Positions 17,571-26,099 of a stretch of DNA of 43,597 nucleotides are shown in pieces. The position numbers and the translations under genes were made by a program. Numbering within the stretch: the first letter of the stretch is position 1; the number at the start of each line of letters is the position of its first letter. The stretch comes from a virus (Duplodnaviria; Caudoviricetes), in IMG/VR virus record IMGVR_UViG_3300034130_000039, positions 1 to 43,597 of that record; one strand, given 5' to 3'. The notes below the pieces were generated by a model. That model did not search any database and was not told the DNA's origin. It saw only the letters and a program-made list of their open reading frames with translations.

Positions 17571-17938
17571 TCGCTCCTCCCTAGTTTTTCGAACGCCCCG
17601 CCGAACGTGGTGGCGAGTTTTTCAAGCAGCGGCCGCGCCGCGTCCTTCCGGACCGACCGCGTCCGTTTGTGGAAGTTCGCGTCGGCGGCCAAGTGACAGC
17701 TACGGCACAGCCACCGCAGGTTTTCCGGCCGGTCGTCGCCGGCGACGTTGTTCACGTGCGACGCGCCGCACTGCACCAGTACCTCGCGGTACGGCCATAC
17801 ATCGAAGCGGAAATATCTGTCACCGTTCGGCGCTCCGCAGGCCTCGCACTTGTCGCCGGCGCGATCGCGGCACGCGGCGCGCGCGGCCTTGTATTCGGCG
17901 GTCACGTAGAAGTGGCGCAGCTCCTTACGAATCGGCAT
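17567..17938 (-). CDS. HNH endonuclease-like protein
   Basis: MPIR...RAGDKCEACG...HVNN....DRPENLRWLCRSCH. Start ATG 17938 with GGAGG RBS. Confidence 0.8.
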   Translation of the reverse strand: MPIRKELRHFYVTAEYKAARAACRDRAGDKCEACGAPNGDRYFRFDVWPYREVLVQCGASHVNNVAGDDRPENLRWLCRSCHLAADANFHKRTRSVRKDAARPLLEKLATTFGGAFEKLGRSE

Positions 17939-18243
17939 CACGCCTCCTTCAATAGCGGCGGCGCGTCTTCTTCGCGCCACAGGTCGCCCTGCTTCGCTTG
18001 CCGGCGTCCGACGTATTCGGCCCGGACGTTGCGCGCCACGCAAAACAGATCTCGAGAACGGGAAACCGGCGGCGCGCCTGGCGCGGTCACTTCGGTCGCC
18101 CACAGCAGCCCACCGTCGCGGGTCCGGTATTCGAGGATGCGGCCGTTGGCGTCGCTCGGGTGGAACGAAGTGGCGAAGTAGTCGCCGAACGCTTCGTGCT
18201 CGGAGAACCAAAGATCGAGCGGTGGTTCACTTCGCGGCGGCAC
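17938..18243 (-). CDS. Hypothetical protein
   Basis: GGAGG RBS; in operon. Confidence 0.6.
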   Translation of the reverse strand: MPPRSEPPLDLWFSEHEAFGDYFATSFHPSDANGRILEYRTRDGGLLWATEVTAPGAPPVSRSRDLFCVARNVRAEYVGRRQAKQGDLWREEDAPPLLKEA

Positions 18244-18448
18244 GGCGGGCGGCCTCCTTTTCTATCATTTCGAGATCTCGCGTCAGGACCTCGCGGACGT
18301 GGCGCTCGGCCTCCGGGTCGTCTATCGCCCTCGCGCAGAAGATCAGCGGGTTGAATCCGCACTCGGTCATGGTCAGGCAGGTTTGCATCGCGGCACGGAA
18401 CGCCGTCAACGCTATCAGCACCTCGCGGTCGGTGAGTGGCGCGGCCAT
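18227..18448 (-). CDS. Hypothetical protein
   Basis: TGATG-coupled start MAAPLTDREVL. Confidence 0.6.
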   Translation of the reverse strand: MAAPLTDREVLIALTAFRAAMQTCLTMTECGFNPLIFCARAIDDPEAERHVREVLTRDLEMIEKEAARRAAAK

Positions 18449-18636
18449 CACGCACCCGCCTTTTTCGTCATCGCCTTTTGCGTGGCGCGAAAACACGGCG
18501 CGCAAATGTTCAGCGCGCCTTTCTCCTGGACGCACCGCGCGCAGTTGCAGCAGCACTTCCCGCACGTCTCGCAGTACCCTGCGGCGGCGACGTCGGTCGT
18601 GATCGCGCCTTTGTACTCGCGGTGCGCCTGCGTCAT
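18448..18636 (-). CDS. Cys-rich zinc-finger-like protein
   Basis: CETCGKCCCNCARC...CAPC; GGAGGAG RBS. Confidence 0.6.
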   Translation of the reverse strand: MTQAHREYKGAITTDVAAAGYCETCGKCCCNCARCVQEKGALNICAPCFRATQKAMTKKAGA

Positions 18637-18998
18637 GCTCCTCCTCCCGCGGCGAACGCCCGTCTCGATTCGAGCGGCGGCGCCGCCGGAATAATATATC
18701 GCGTGTTGCGGTCCGCGCCCTCGATCCGCCACACGCGCCTGCGTTGCTTCATGACGGCTACGATGTCGGCCGAGTTGTAGTCGTCGGCGTTGACCATGCG
18801 CACGACCTCGGCTTGGCCAAAGCCGACCGCTAAATCTCCGTCGCGGCGCAGCTTGAACTCGCAAAACTTTAAACTCAGTCCCTCGTCAATCTCGAAACAC
18901 GCGTGCGCCGTGTCGCGGAACAGAAAACGGGCGCGAACGCGCTCGCCTCGGGACTCGAGCGTCACGGTTTCGTTAGGGCAAAGGTCCCAGTGTTTCAT
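18633..18998 (-). CDS. Hypothetical protein
   Basis: GGAGGTG RBS; coupled to the rep stop. Confidence 0.65.
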   Translation of the reverse strand: MKHWDLCPNETVTLESRGERVRARFLFRDTAHACFEIDEGLSLKFCEFKLRRDGDLAVGFGQAEVVRMVNADDYNSADIVAVMKQRRRVWRIEGADRNTRYIIPAAPPLESRRAFAAGGGA

Positions 18999-20278
18999 CC
19001 GTCACCTCCTGCGGCTTTGGTATCGATTCCGAGAATCTGGCGCGCGAGCTGCTTGTCTTCGGGCCCGGCGCGCGGGTCGTCCAGCAATTCCTGCGCGCCA
19101 CGGCGGGCTTCTTGGTGGGCGTGGGCGTCACTGGCCGCCTGGGCGTCGGCGGCGCGTTGGCGCGCGCCTTCACCGGCAAGCCAGGCCCTTCCTACCGCTT
19201 GCGCGTAGTCTCGCAGGATGCCCAGACTGGTCGCTTTGCGGATTCGCGCGGGTGTCAGATAGGCGCGCAAGTGTTCGAGCGGCGCGCCCTTCATGTCGCC
19301 GATGACTTGCAGGCTCAGCGAGCGTTGCGGAATGTCGTGCAGGTGCCCGAGCTTGTCGGTGACCAGTCGCTCGATGGATTCGACGCGCGCGTCTTCGGGT
19401 TTGAGGTTCGAAGGGAAGGGGATTGGGTCGGTCGGTCGGTCCTGTTCGGGGCTGCTCTCTACTACTGACCGACCGACCGACCGCTTTAAGTCTGTGTCTG
19501 TGTCTGAAGACAATAATGATGCGGCCGCCGCGGGCGGTTTGTGCGAACCGTTTTTCGCTCCGTGCAAAGTCGGTTCCATGCTTTGTACCAACTCCGCAGC
19601 GACCTCGGGATCGTAACTCTGTACGAATTCTGGCGCGGCCATCAGCTTGAGCTGGAACATTTGCGGCGTTTGCGGCGCCCGCTTCTTGATGCGCTTTTTC
19701 TTTGCGCCCCACCCGGCGAACATGGTATCTTTGACCCGTTCCGCTATGCCTCGCCCCGACCTCATCAAGTCCGCCAGCATCGCCTCCTCCCACGCCTTAC
19801 AGGTAAGGGCCTGTTTTTCGCGAATTTTCCGTTCTTCCGCTGGTAGCGACTTAATGAATTCATACACTTGCGGCCCGACATAACTTTGTACAGAGTTAGA
19901 ATCGGTCTTAGCTTTGGGCGAATCCGCTGCCGGTTGGACCTCGAATCCGGCCACGTACCAGATCCGTTTGTGCTCGTGATCCAGTCGAATCCGGCCCTCC
20001 TTCTCGACCGCGTTTAAGACGTTCCGCGCCGTCTGTTGCTTCCATCCCATGTCGGCGGCGAGATGCTGAATCCAGAGCGCGGTCCCACGCTCGCTTACGC
20101 AGAAAGGTGAGCGGCTCATGTGCGTCGTCTTCGATTTCACCCACGCGACTGTCTGATCGTTGGGCGCGCCGTGCTCAAGAACGAAACGCCATTGGGACGG
20201 GTCTTCCGGGTCGTATGCACCCGTTTTCGATCCGGCGAGCGTCATCAGCTCCTTGTTGTCGTACCGTTTCCGCCTCAT
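18995..20278 (-). CDS. Probable replication initiator (winged-HTH N-term, low-complexity linker, helical C-term)
   Basis: IQHLAADMGWKQQTARNVLNAVEKEGRI wHTH. The DTDTD/SVGRSV/DRPTD linker is typical of lambda-O-like initiators. Leads the small-gene operon. Confidence 0.65.
   Translation of the reverse strand: MRRKRYDNKELMTLAGSKTGAYDPEDPSQWRFVLEHGAPNDQTVAWVKSKTTHMSRSPFCVSERGTALWIQHLAADMGWKQQTARNVLNAVEKEGRIRLDHEHKRIWYVAGFEVQPAADSPKAKTDSNSVQSYVGPQVYEFIKSLPAEERKIREKQALTCKAWEEAMLADLMRSGRGIAERVKDTMFAGWGAKKKRIKKRAPQTPQMFQLKLMAAPEFVQSYDPEVAAELVQSMEPTLHGAKNGSHKPPAAAASLLSSDTDTDLKRSVGRSVVESSPEQDRPTDPIPFPSNLKPEDARVESIERLVTDKLGHLHDIPQRSLSLQVIGDMKGAPLEHLRAYLTPARIRKATSLGILRDYAQAVGRAWLAGEGARQRAADAQAASDAHAHQEARRGAQELLDDPRAGPEDKQLARQILGIDTKAAGGDG
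19426..19506. repeat. (GGTC)4 / (GACC)4 inverted repeat plus TCTGTG repeats; candidate origin
   Basis: 16-bp perfect IR at 19426-19441 and 19467-19482 inside the rep linker. Confidence 0.5.
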
Positions 20279-20319
20279 AGGCCGGTCCGGTTCATGGGCT
20301 CGCGCCTGGTCGTTTTCAT
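20275..20319 (-). CDS. 14-aa leader peptide coupled to rep
   Basis: MKTTRREPMNRTGL with AAGGAG upstream; its TGA overlaps the rep ATG, which has no clear RBS of its own. Confidence 0.45.
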   Translation of the reverse strand: MKTTRREPMNRTGL

Positions 20320-20391
20320 GATGGGGAAAACTCCTTTTCTTTTTTCTGCCGGGTGGGTCTTGCTTTTTCGGCGGGCGTGCTTAAAAATGGA

Positions 20392-20444
20392 AGGAACCAA
20401 ACCGTAAGTCGTGCGAACACACGTATGGCCCGGTTGGTTCTTTT
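20392..20444 (+). ncRNA. Candidate counter-transcribed antisense RNA upstream of rep
   Basis: TTGCTT...TAAAAAT promoter-like sequence (20360-20388), then stem gaaccaaaccg/cggttggttc with an inner hairpin and a U-run. Confidence 0.35.
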
Positions 20445-20606
20445 CGTTGGTTTGTGGCCCTTTTTCGCGCCGTTTCGTCCGCCAAGAAGAATCCGGGGCG
20501 TTGAAGGAATGAACTACTGAAAGGCTGGGATCGCCTCTGGCGAGCCCTACCGGGGAGAATCCCCGGTTACCGATAACGTATAGCCTGTAAACTTCGCGCC
20601 CGAGCC

Positions 20607-21212
20607 TCATTTGAGCCCCGCTTTCGCGTGCTTGAAGTCGAGCACCTTGCCCGTCGCTTCGAGCACTTCGCGCAGCCATCCCGTCTTCAAATCGCCCGCG
20701 ACTCGCTCGATCAGAGCCAGGTCCGGAGCGGGCGCGGTGTAAGACGGGTTGAAGAACACGCCGTCGAACGCGATGGCGCGCTCGCCCAGGCCGTTCTTCG
20801 CGGCCCGATAGCCACGGGGCAGGGCATCGGCGTCTTCGGGCAGGTGCGCGGCGAGCTGCTCGCCGATGCAGTGAAGCTCGAACTGGAGCTTAGCCAGGTT
20901 CGCGTCGGTGGCGGGCGTGCGCGTCAAGAAACGGACGGCGGCGTTGAACTGGTTGGCGCGTCTCGTCGCCCAGGCGTTGCTCAAACTGGTTGCTGCGTCG
21001 GTTTCATCAAACGGACCCCCGATTCCCTGTCGGAGCCTGAGCCGGGCGGCGTCAGGAAATACCTCGGCTGGGAGCCTCGGCACGCCGCCCGTTCTCAATG
21101 CCTTGTTGCCAACCCGCGAGGCTTGCAAACCCAACGGATCGACGTAACTGTAACCGAAGACGGACGCGGAAAGCAAGTCCGCCGTTTTGCCGCTTTGGAA
21201 GCCCCCCATCAC
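20607..21212 (-). CDS. Hypothetical protein, 201 aa
   Basis: Long ORF in the early leftward arm; start uncertain. Confidence 0.6.
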   Translation of the reverse strand: MMGGFQSGKTADLLSASVFGYSYVDPLGLQASRVGNKALRTGGVPRLPAEVFPDAARLRLRQGIGGPFDETDAATSLSNAWATRRANQFNAAVRFLTRTPATDANLAKLQFELHCIGEQLAAHLPEDADALPRGYRAAKNGLGERAIAFDGVFFNPSYTAPAPDLALIERVAGDLKTGWLREVLEATGKVLDFKHAKAGLK

Positions 21213-21298
21213 GACCTTGCGCGCGGCTCCTCTCAGGAACGCGCCATCATCGCGTGCGGGCGTCTCAAAAAAAACGCGCGTGATTCGAGACTACTACA

Positions 21299-21328
21299 TT
21301 GCAAGGGAAAGAAAAGGCGGGCTATACT
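21299..21328 (+). promoter_or_regulatory. Sigma70-type promoter with no downstream sense gene
   Basis: TTGCAA-N18-TATACT; flanking genes are on the minus strand. Confidence 0.55.
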
Positions 21329-21448
21329 TCTGACGAGACGCGCGAATTCAGGAACGGTGCGGGCCGGGCGCCCATCACGCTCAGCCCCCACCGGGCCGCT
21401 CCCCTAACCCAAACGAGTGTCCGAGGAGTGCGACTCCCAGCTTACACC

Positions 21449-21997
21449 TCACGCGCAAAGCCGGGCTGCGAACGTGTCGTGCAGGACCCCCAGGACCTTC
21501 ATGCGGTGCGAGCGTTCGAGCGGCTTCAACTCGCCGTCGAGAAACGACGCGATGCGGCCGGCGATCGCGGGCAGGTCGGGCATGACCTCCAGATTGCCGC
21601 CACGCGCCTCACGCAGCGCGCGCACGGCGATCGGCCGCAGCTCGACGGCCCATTCCCACGCAAACGAGATGGCGCGCCCCAGCTCGCGCCAGCTGTTCGA
21701 GTGGTCGTCGTAGCGCCACAAAATGTAAATCGAATCGGAGCGTTTGCGGCCGGGGATTCCGTAAGCGGGTCCGCGCATGTATTCGAGCGCGATGGGCACG
21801 ACGGGAAACGCATCGGTGGGACGCAGCTCGGCGTCGGTGAGTGTCGCGCCAGGGCGGTAGAACGCGCCCTCGAAACCGAAGCCGTGTTCGGCTTCGGGAT
21901 CGACGGAAGAAAGCAGCTTGACGAACTTCTCCCGGCTAGTGCGCGCAGAGCTGCACGGGAGCTTGACGCCGCCGCGCACGACGACGTTGTTGTGCAT
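21449..21997 (-). CDS. Hypothetical protein, 182 aa
   Basis: GAGGT RBS; globular composition. Confidence 0.75.
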   Translation of the reverse strand: MHNNVVVRGGVKLPCSSARTSREKFVKLLSSVDPEAEHGFGFEGAFYRPGATLTDAELRPTDAFPVVPIALEYMRGPAYGIPGRKRSDSIYILWRYDDHSNSWRELGRAISFAWEWAVELRPIAVRALREARGGNLEVMPDLPAIAGRIASFLDGELKPLERSHRMKVLGVLHDTFAARLCA

Positions 21998-22062
21998 TTA
22001 ACACCTCAAGCTTGCGCGGGCAACGTGTTTTTGAAAAGGGCCGCGCGTACTAGGTAACCACC

Positions 22063-22599
22063 CTAGTTCTTCCCGTATTCGTCGAGACTCGCTCGGCTGA
22101 TGCGCCACGTCACGGGCCCGCGTCCGATGTGGTTCACCTGATCGGTGCGCAGCAGATTCGCGATGAACGGCTGAGGCAGGCCGCAGTATCGCGATGCTTC
22201 CTCGATGGTTAGAAAGGCCTTGGGTCCTTCGCGCGCGGCGGTCGTCAATGCCGCCAGGTGCTCCGTCAGTTTCGCGAGGTAATCCGCAAGCGCTCGCGCG
22301 CTATCGATCTGCACTCCATTCACGGCGGCCGCCTGGGCTTTTCGCGCGTCTATTTTCTCGATGACTCGCTCAACCTGGAGTTTTTGAAATTCCTCCTGTT
22401 GTGCGGCGCCGCGTGTCGCGCTGAGTTTTTCGATTACCTCCTCGCGGAATAGTGCCCGCCCCTGCGCGTCCTTCGTTTTCTCGAACTTTTCCAACTGCGC
22501 GATTCGCTCCATTTGGCGAAGGCTCACTCCCAAAACCTGAGCGGCTTCTTTCTTCGTGAGCCAGTTCGCGGTATCTTTAGCGGCGGCTGTGGTTGCCAT
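22063..22599 (-). CDS. Double HTH_17 (Xis/MerR-like) DNA-binding protein
   Basis: WLTKKEAAQVLGVSLRQM and FLTIEEASRYCGL...WRISRASLD; GGAGG RBS. Confidence 0.8.
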   Translation of the reverse strand: MATTAAAKDTANWLTKKEAAQVLGVSLRQMERIAQLEKFEKTKDAQGRALFREEVIEKLSATRGAAQQEEFQKLQVERVIEKIDARKAQAAAVNGVQIDSARALADYLAKLTEHLAALTTAAREGPKAFLTIEEASRYCGLPQPFIANLLRTDQVNHIGRGPVTWRISRASLDEYGKN

Positions 22600-22610
22600 T
22601 TAGTCCTCCC

Positions 22611-22679
22611 CGACATTGCGCCGCGACGCACTGAGTCTGACGTTGATAATGTCGCACTCAATGTCGCGGTCCATGTCAG
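22611..22679. promoter_or_regulatory. ATGTC repeat array in the divergent intergenic region
   Basis: aatgtcgc 22648, aatgtcgc 22660, catgtcag 22672 (12-bp period); inverted cgacattg at 22611. Confidence 0.5.
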
Positions 22680-22758
22680 GGGTCGATTGTACCCGCCCGT
22701 CCGCCCGCCCGTCAAGACCCAGCCCTGTCGGGCATTCCGGCTGCTGAGAGAGACTGGT

Positions 22759-23349
22759 ATGTATGTATCCCCATCGATACTGCTGATCGTCAAAGCTCGC
22801 CCACCGCCGCCCGTAATCGCCATCGATTCAGGCGGACACCGCGCTCGTTTCCTCGCGAAACGCGACGCGCTGGTGGAAGCAAACCTGCACCTGGTCGCTC
22901 CGATAGCCAACCGCATTTTCCGCAAGCTCCCGCCCTCCTTCGACCTCGACGACCTCCTCGCCACCGGCTACCTCGCCCTGCTACACGCCGCCACGCGCTA
23001 CCGGCCGCGAGAACACGGCGGCACGCCGTTCTCGGCTTTTGCCCGGCCACGCATCAACGGCGAAATTCTCAATTCCATCCGGCGGAAGAACTGGGACGAG
23101 AACACGCGTCCGCCCCTGGACGACGCGCCCGAGCCGAGCACCGGACCGATGGACACCCGCTTTGACGAGCGGCGTTTGAGAAAACGGCTGTTGCGGGCGA
23201 TAGACGGCCTCCCAGCGCGTCCGCGCGACCGCGCCGGGCACTTCCAGAGCACTGCCGCGAAACTCGCCGAGGTCCACGAGTGGCGGGCCGCCGGCGAACA
23301 CGTCGAAGCGATCGCAACACTCAGGCGTGAGCTAAAGAGAGCGGCTTGA
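22759..23349 (+). CDS. Truncated FliA/WhiG-like sigma-70 family factor
   Basis: Region 2 RDALVEANLHLV..IA...LPPSFDLDDL...G..AL..AA.RY...FSAFARPRI.GEIL..IR. Region 3 absent, region 4 degenerate. Start uncertain. Confidence 0.8.
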   Translation: MYVSPSILLIVKARPPPPVIAIDSGGHRARFLAKRDALVEANLHLVAPIANRIFRKLPPSFDLDDLLATGYLALLHAATRYRPREHGGTPFSAFARPRINGEILNSIRRKNWDENTRPPLDDAPEPSTGPMDTRFDERRLRKRLLRAIDGLPARPRDRAGHFQSTAAKLAEVHEWRAAGEHVEAIATLRRELKRAA

Positions 23350-23350
23350 T

Positions 23351-23554
23351 GTGGAGGCCACACGTCTGGTGCGGGTCTACCGCATCCGTCCGACCATGCG
23401 CCTGTCCGACCTCACCTACGAGGCGAAGGTGTATTTGCGCGGCGCCGGGCTCTATCGGCTAGGGCTCGTGGGATCGCTCGAAATCTGGTGTAGGCGGGAA
23501 GGCAAGCACGTCACGGCCGCGGGTCCGACCTGGCGGTCAATTGCCGGCCCGTGA
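23351..23554 (+). CDS. Hypothetical protein
   Basis: Short ORF after the sigma gene; weak support. Confidence 0.4.
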   Translation: MEATRLVRVYRIRPTMRLSDLTYEAKVYLRGAGLYRLGLVGSLEIWCRREGKHVTAAGPTWRSIAGP

Positions 23555-23950
23555 ACGCGTCCTGATCCGAATCCAAAGCGAAGAAGGCCGCCGCGGCGAG
23601 TAGAACAGCGACAAATCCCGCGCGAGTTCCGCAACGAACTCGCGCTCGATCACCGGCCCGCCCAGCCACGACTCGCGCAACCGCGCGGCGATCCGGTAGC
23701 AGAAAACCATGTCGGCGTCGCTCGCCTCCTCGCCCGGTCCCAGCACTCCGAGCATTCGAAGCGCGTCTTTGGTCATGTCGCGCGTGATGACGAAAGACCA
23801 CGGCCCGGTCGTGCGGGTCTTCGCCGGCGCCGGCGACGGTATCGAACGCGCGACGACGGGCGTGGCGACCGTGCTGATCGCGCCGGCCAAGAGGCCGCGG
23901 AAGAAGCCGCGGCGCGAATTGTGAGGATTTTGAGGATTGTGAGACGGCAT
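23537..23950 (-). CDS. Tat-signal protein with gp4 adaptor-like domain
   Basis: SRRGFFRGLLAGA twin-arginine signal. TRDMTKDALRMLGVLGPGEEASDAD...LRESW...LARDL..FY parallels 40559 and 41254. GAGG RBS. Confidence 0.7.
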   Translation of the reverse strand: MPSHNPQNPHNSRRGFFRGLLAGAISTVATPVVARSIPSPAPAKTRTTGPWSFVITRDMTKDALRMLGVLGPGEEASDADMVFCYRIAARLRESWLGGPVIEREFVAELARDLSLFYSPRRPSSLWIRIRTRSRAGN

Positions 23951-23962
23951 GGTGGACCTCTG

Positions 23963-24002
23963 AAAAAGTACGGGCGCCTCGCGGATACAACGGGGCGCCC
24001 GT
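23963..24002 (-). terminator. Intrinsic terminator
   Basis: GC stem acgggcgcc/ggcgcccgt followed by ACTTTTT on the minus strand. Confidence 0.6.
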
Positions 24003-24059
24003 CGCGGGCCAGAAAAAGGAAATGGGTCAGGGTTGGGCCCGCACGTTGAGATAAGTCTA

Positions 24060-24407
24060 TTACGGCGTCGGCACCGGCGTGATAGGCACGGGCTGACCAA
24101 CAGGAGTTGTCGAGATCGCGTTCATCTGCGCGAGGACGGCATTGCCCGCCGCGATCGCGCTATCGAGCGAGGTCTGATCGGCGGCGCTGATCGGGCCAGG
24201 CGAATTGTTGATGTTCGCCAGTTCGGTGACGATAATCAACACGGCGGCGGCGAGATTCGACAGCGCCGCGCCCTCGGCAATCTGTAGCGCGTTCATCTTC
24301 GTCGCGAATTGCTGGATCGCGTCGGGAGCAGTGGAGCACCGGCCCGTTTCGAGAGCCAGGCCACGCGGCGCGTTCGCGAGCCGCGAGTAAAATTCCAGTT
24401 TTTTCAT
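24060..24407 (-). CDS. Hypothetical Ala-rich helical protein
   Basis: AAGGAAG RBS; followed by a terminator. Confidence 0.7.
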   Translation of the reverse strand: MKKLEFYSRLANAPRGLALETGRCSTAPDAIQQFATKMNALQIAEGAALSNLAAAVLIIVTELANINNSPGPISAADQTSLDSAIAAGNAVLAQMNAISTTPVGQPVPITPVPTP

Positions 24408-24452
24408 GATGGGACTTCCTTTTCTTTCGAATCGCCGGCTGTTTGGCCGGGC

Positions 24453-24620
24453 TTAAGCCGCGCGGAGCGGCGGCGGCGCCGTTGAGATCGCGGCTTCCTG
24501 TTTGACCAGCGCTTCCTCTTGTGCAAGCACGGCTCCGAGCTTGGACGCCGCCGAGCCCGTTATCAAGTCGAGGATCGCGTTCCCGATGGCCACGTCCGTG
24601 ACCACGAAGACGAACAACAT
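24453..24620 (-). CDS. Hypothetical 55-aa protein
   Basis: MLFVFVVTDVAIG...LRAA; TACTCT 6 nt upstream (leaderless). Confidence 0.5.
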   Translation of the reverse strand: MLFVFVVTDVAIGNAILDLITGSAASKLGAVLAQEEALVKQEAAISTAPPPLRAA

Positions 24621-24778
24621 AGCTCAAGAGTACGCCGGGCGGCGGCCGAAAGATACAAAATTTGAGAGAGCCCCGTTGACTGCCCGGCGATTCCTTCCAT
24701 GACGGGGCAAGCGGGAAGGTAACTTTACACGCCACCCGTATCTCGCCGGGGCAAAGGCGGACGTCTCAGTCGGGCTAC

Positions 24779-24800
24779 TGGTGACTATAACAGTGCATGG
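24779..24800 (+). promoter_or_regulatory. Putative late promoter 1 (TGGTGACTATAACAGTGC-ATG)
   Basis: 20/22 identical to 26078-26099; runs into the start codon. Confidence 0.65.
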
Positions 24801-25201
24801 CAACACCGAAACCCGCAAAACCGACCCTAACGCAGTTCGCTCCGCTGGTGGATGAACTGGGCGCACTCGAAGTCGAGATGGCGCCGCACGCGCAAAAACT
24901 AAAGCGCATCGACGCGCTGCGCAAGGCCCTCCGCGGCGCCTGTCCCGCGAAGCCCGCCGCCCAATGGACCGTCGACGGCAACCGCTTCATTGCCGTCCTC
25001 GGGCCCTGTTCGAATCAACGGCTGGTCGACATCCCGGCGCTCGTCAAAGCCATCGGCGCGACAATGTACGCTAAATTCGCGACGTGCTCGCTAAAGGACA
25101 TAGAAGAATACGTCGCGCCCGCTATCGTGGCGGCGGTCGTCACCGATCACGCGAGCGGCTCGCGTCCGCTCGAAACGTTCCAGAAGCCGGGCCTGCTGTG
25201 A
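24797..25201 (+). CDS. Hypothetical protein, first late gene
   Basis: 134 aa; helical N-term LVDELGALE. Confidence 0.75.
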   Translation: MATPKPAKPTLTQFAPLVDELGALEVEMAPHAQKLKRIDALRKALRGACPAKPAAQWTVDGNRFIAVLGPCSNQRLVDIPALVKAIGATMYAKFATCSLKDIEEYVAPAIVAAVVTDHASGSRPLETFQKPGLL

Positions 25202-25437
25202 TGACGCCTGAAATCTTCATGAGCTTCGCGACGCCGCTCATCACGCTGCTCGCGGTCACCGTCTCGCACCTGATGACCGAAGCCCGCGACGCCAAGACAG
25301 CCGCCGCGGACAAGGCCGCGCATGACGCCGTGATCCGTCAGGTGGAAGCTTCGAGCGCGAACAATGCCCAACAGAGCGCATCGCTGACCGTCCAGGAACT
25401 TGCGCCCGCAGTGGCGAAGATCGTCGACGGAGTCTGA
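25201..25437 (+). CDS. Small N-terminal TM protein (holin/antiholin candidate)
   Basis: TGATG-coupled; FMSFATPLITLLAVTVSHL hydrophobic segment. Confidence 0.55.
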   Translation: MTPEIFMSFATPLITLLAVTVSHLMTEARDAKTAAADKAAHDAVIRQVEASSANNAQQSASLTVQELAPAVAKIVDGV

Positions 25438-26073
25438 ATGGATCAGTCGCAAGCCGTGGCGCTCCCCTCCGGATGGTCCGTTGACACTCTCAAGGAGTCG
25501 GTCTTCGCGCTCATCCATGACCGCGACCAGACGGCCGCGCTCGAACGCGCGCACATTCTTCGCCTGATCGACGAACGCGACCGGCTTTACATGACGAAAT
25601 TCGAGGCGACGATCCACGCGCGCCAGGAGGCGTTCACTGCGCAGGACAAGGCCGTGACCGCCGCGTTCCTCGCGTCTGAAAAGGCCGTGCTCAAAGCGGA
25701 GCAGGCGCAAAAAGAATACAACGAACGCTCGAACGAATTCCGCGGCCAGCTCGACGACCAGGCCAAGACGCTTATGGCACGCACCGAAACGCTGTCGATG
25801 TTTAAGGCAGTCGAGGAGAAGCTCCAAGCACACGTCTCGACGGCGCACAACGACCTCGAAATGGCGAAGGCCTCGACCGAAAAGCAGCTCGACATGCTAC
25901 AAGCCGAGATCGTGAGTCTTCGCGAGACACGGTCGGCCGGCGGCGCGAAGGACGCGGCGGCCGACGCATCACGGTCGCAACGGAACTGGACCATCGGCCT
26001 CATCGTCGCCATCGCGCTCGGCGTGCTCGCGTCGCTGGTCGAAGTGGGCGTGGTTATGGTGTTCCACAAATAG
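25438..26073 (+). CDS. Coiled-coil protein with C-terminal TM helix (lysis-region membrane protein)
   Basis: AVTAAF.ASEKAV.KAE...NEFRGQL.DQ motif; C-terminal TM WTIGLIVAIALGVLASLV. Confidence 0.7.
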   Translation: MDQSQAVALPSGWSVDTLKESVFALIHDRDQTAALERAHILRLIDERDRLYMTKFEATIHARQEAFTAQDKAVTAAFLASEKAVLKAEQAQKEYNERSNEFRGQLDDQAKTLMARTETLSMFKAVEEKLQAHVSTAHNDLEMAKASTEKQLDMLQAEIVSLRETRSAGGAKDAAADASRSQRNWTIGLIVAIALGVLASLVEVGVVMVFHK

Positions 26074-26077
26074 CAAG

Positions 26078-26099
26078 TGGTGACTATATCTGTGCATGG
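26078..26099 (+). promoter_or_regulatory. Putative late promoter 2 (TGGTGACTATATCTGTGC-ATG)
   Basis: Near-duplicate of 24779-24800, directly before the NusG-like gene. Confidence 0.65.
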
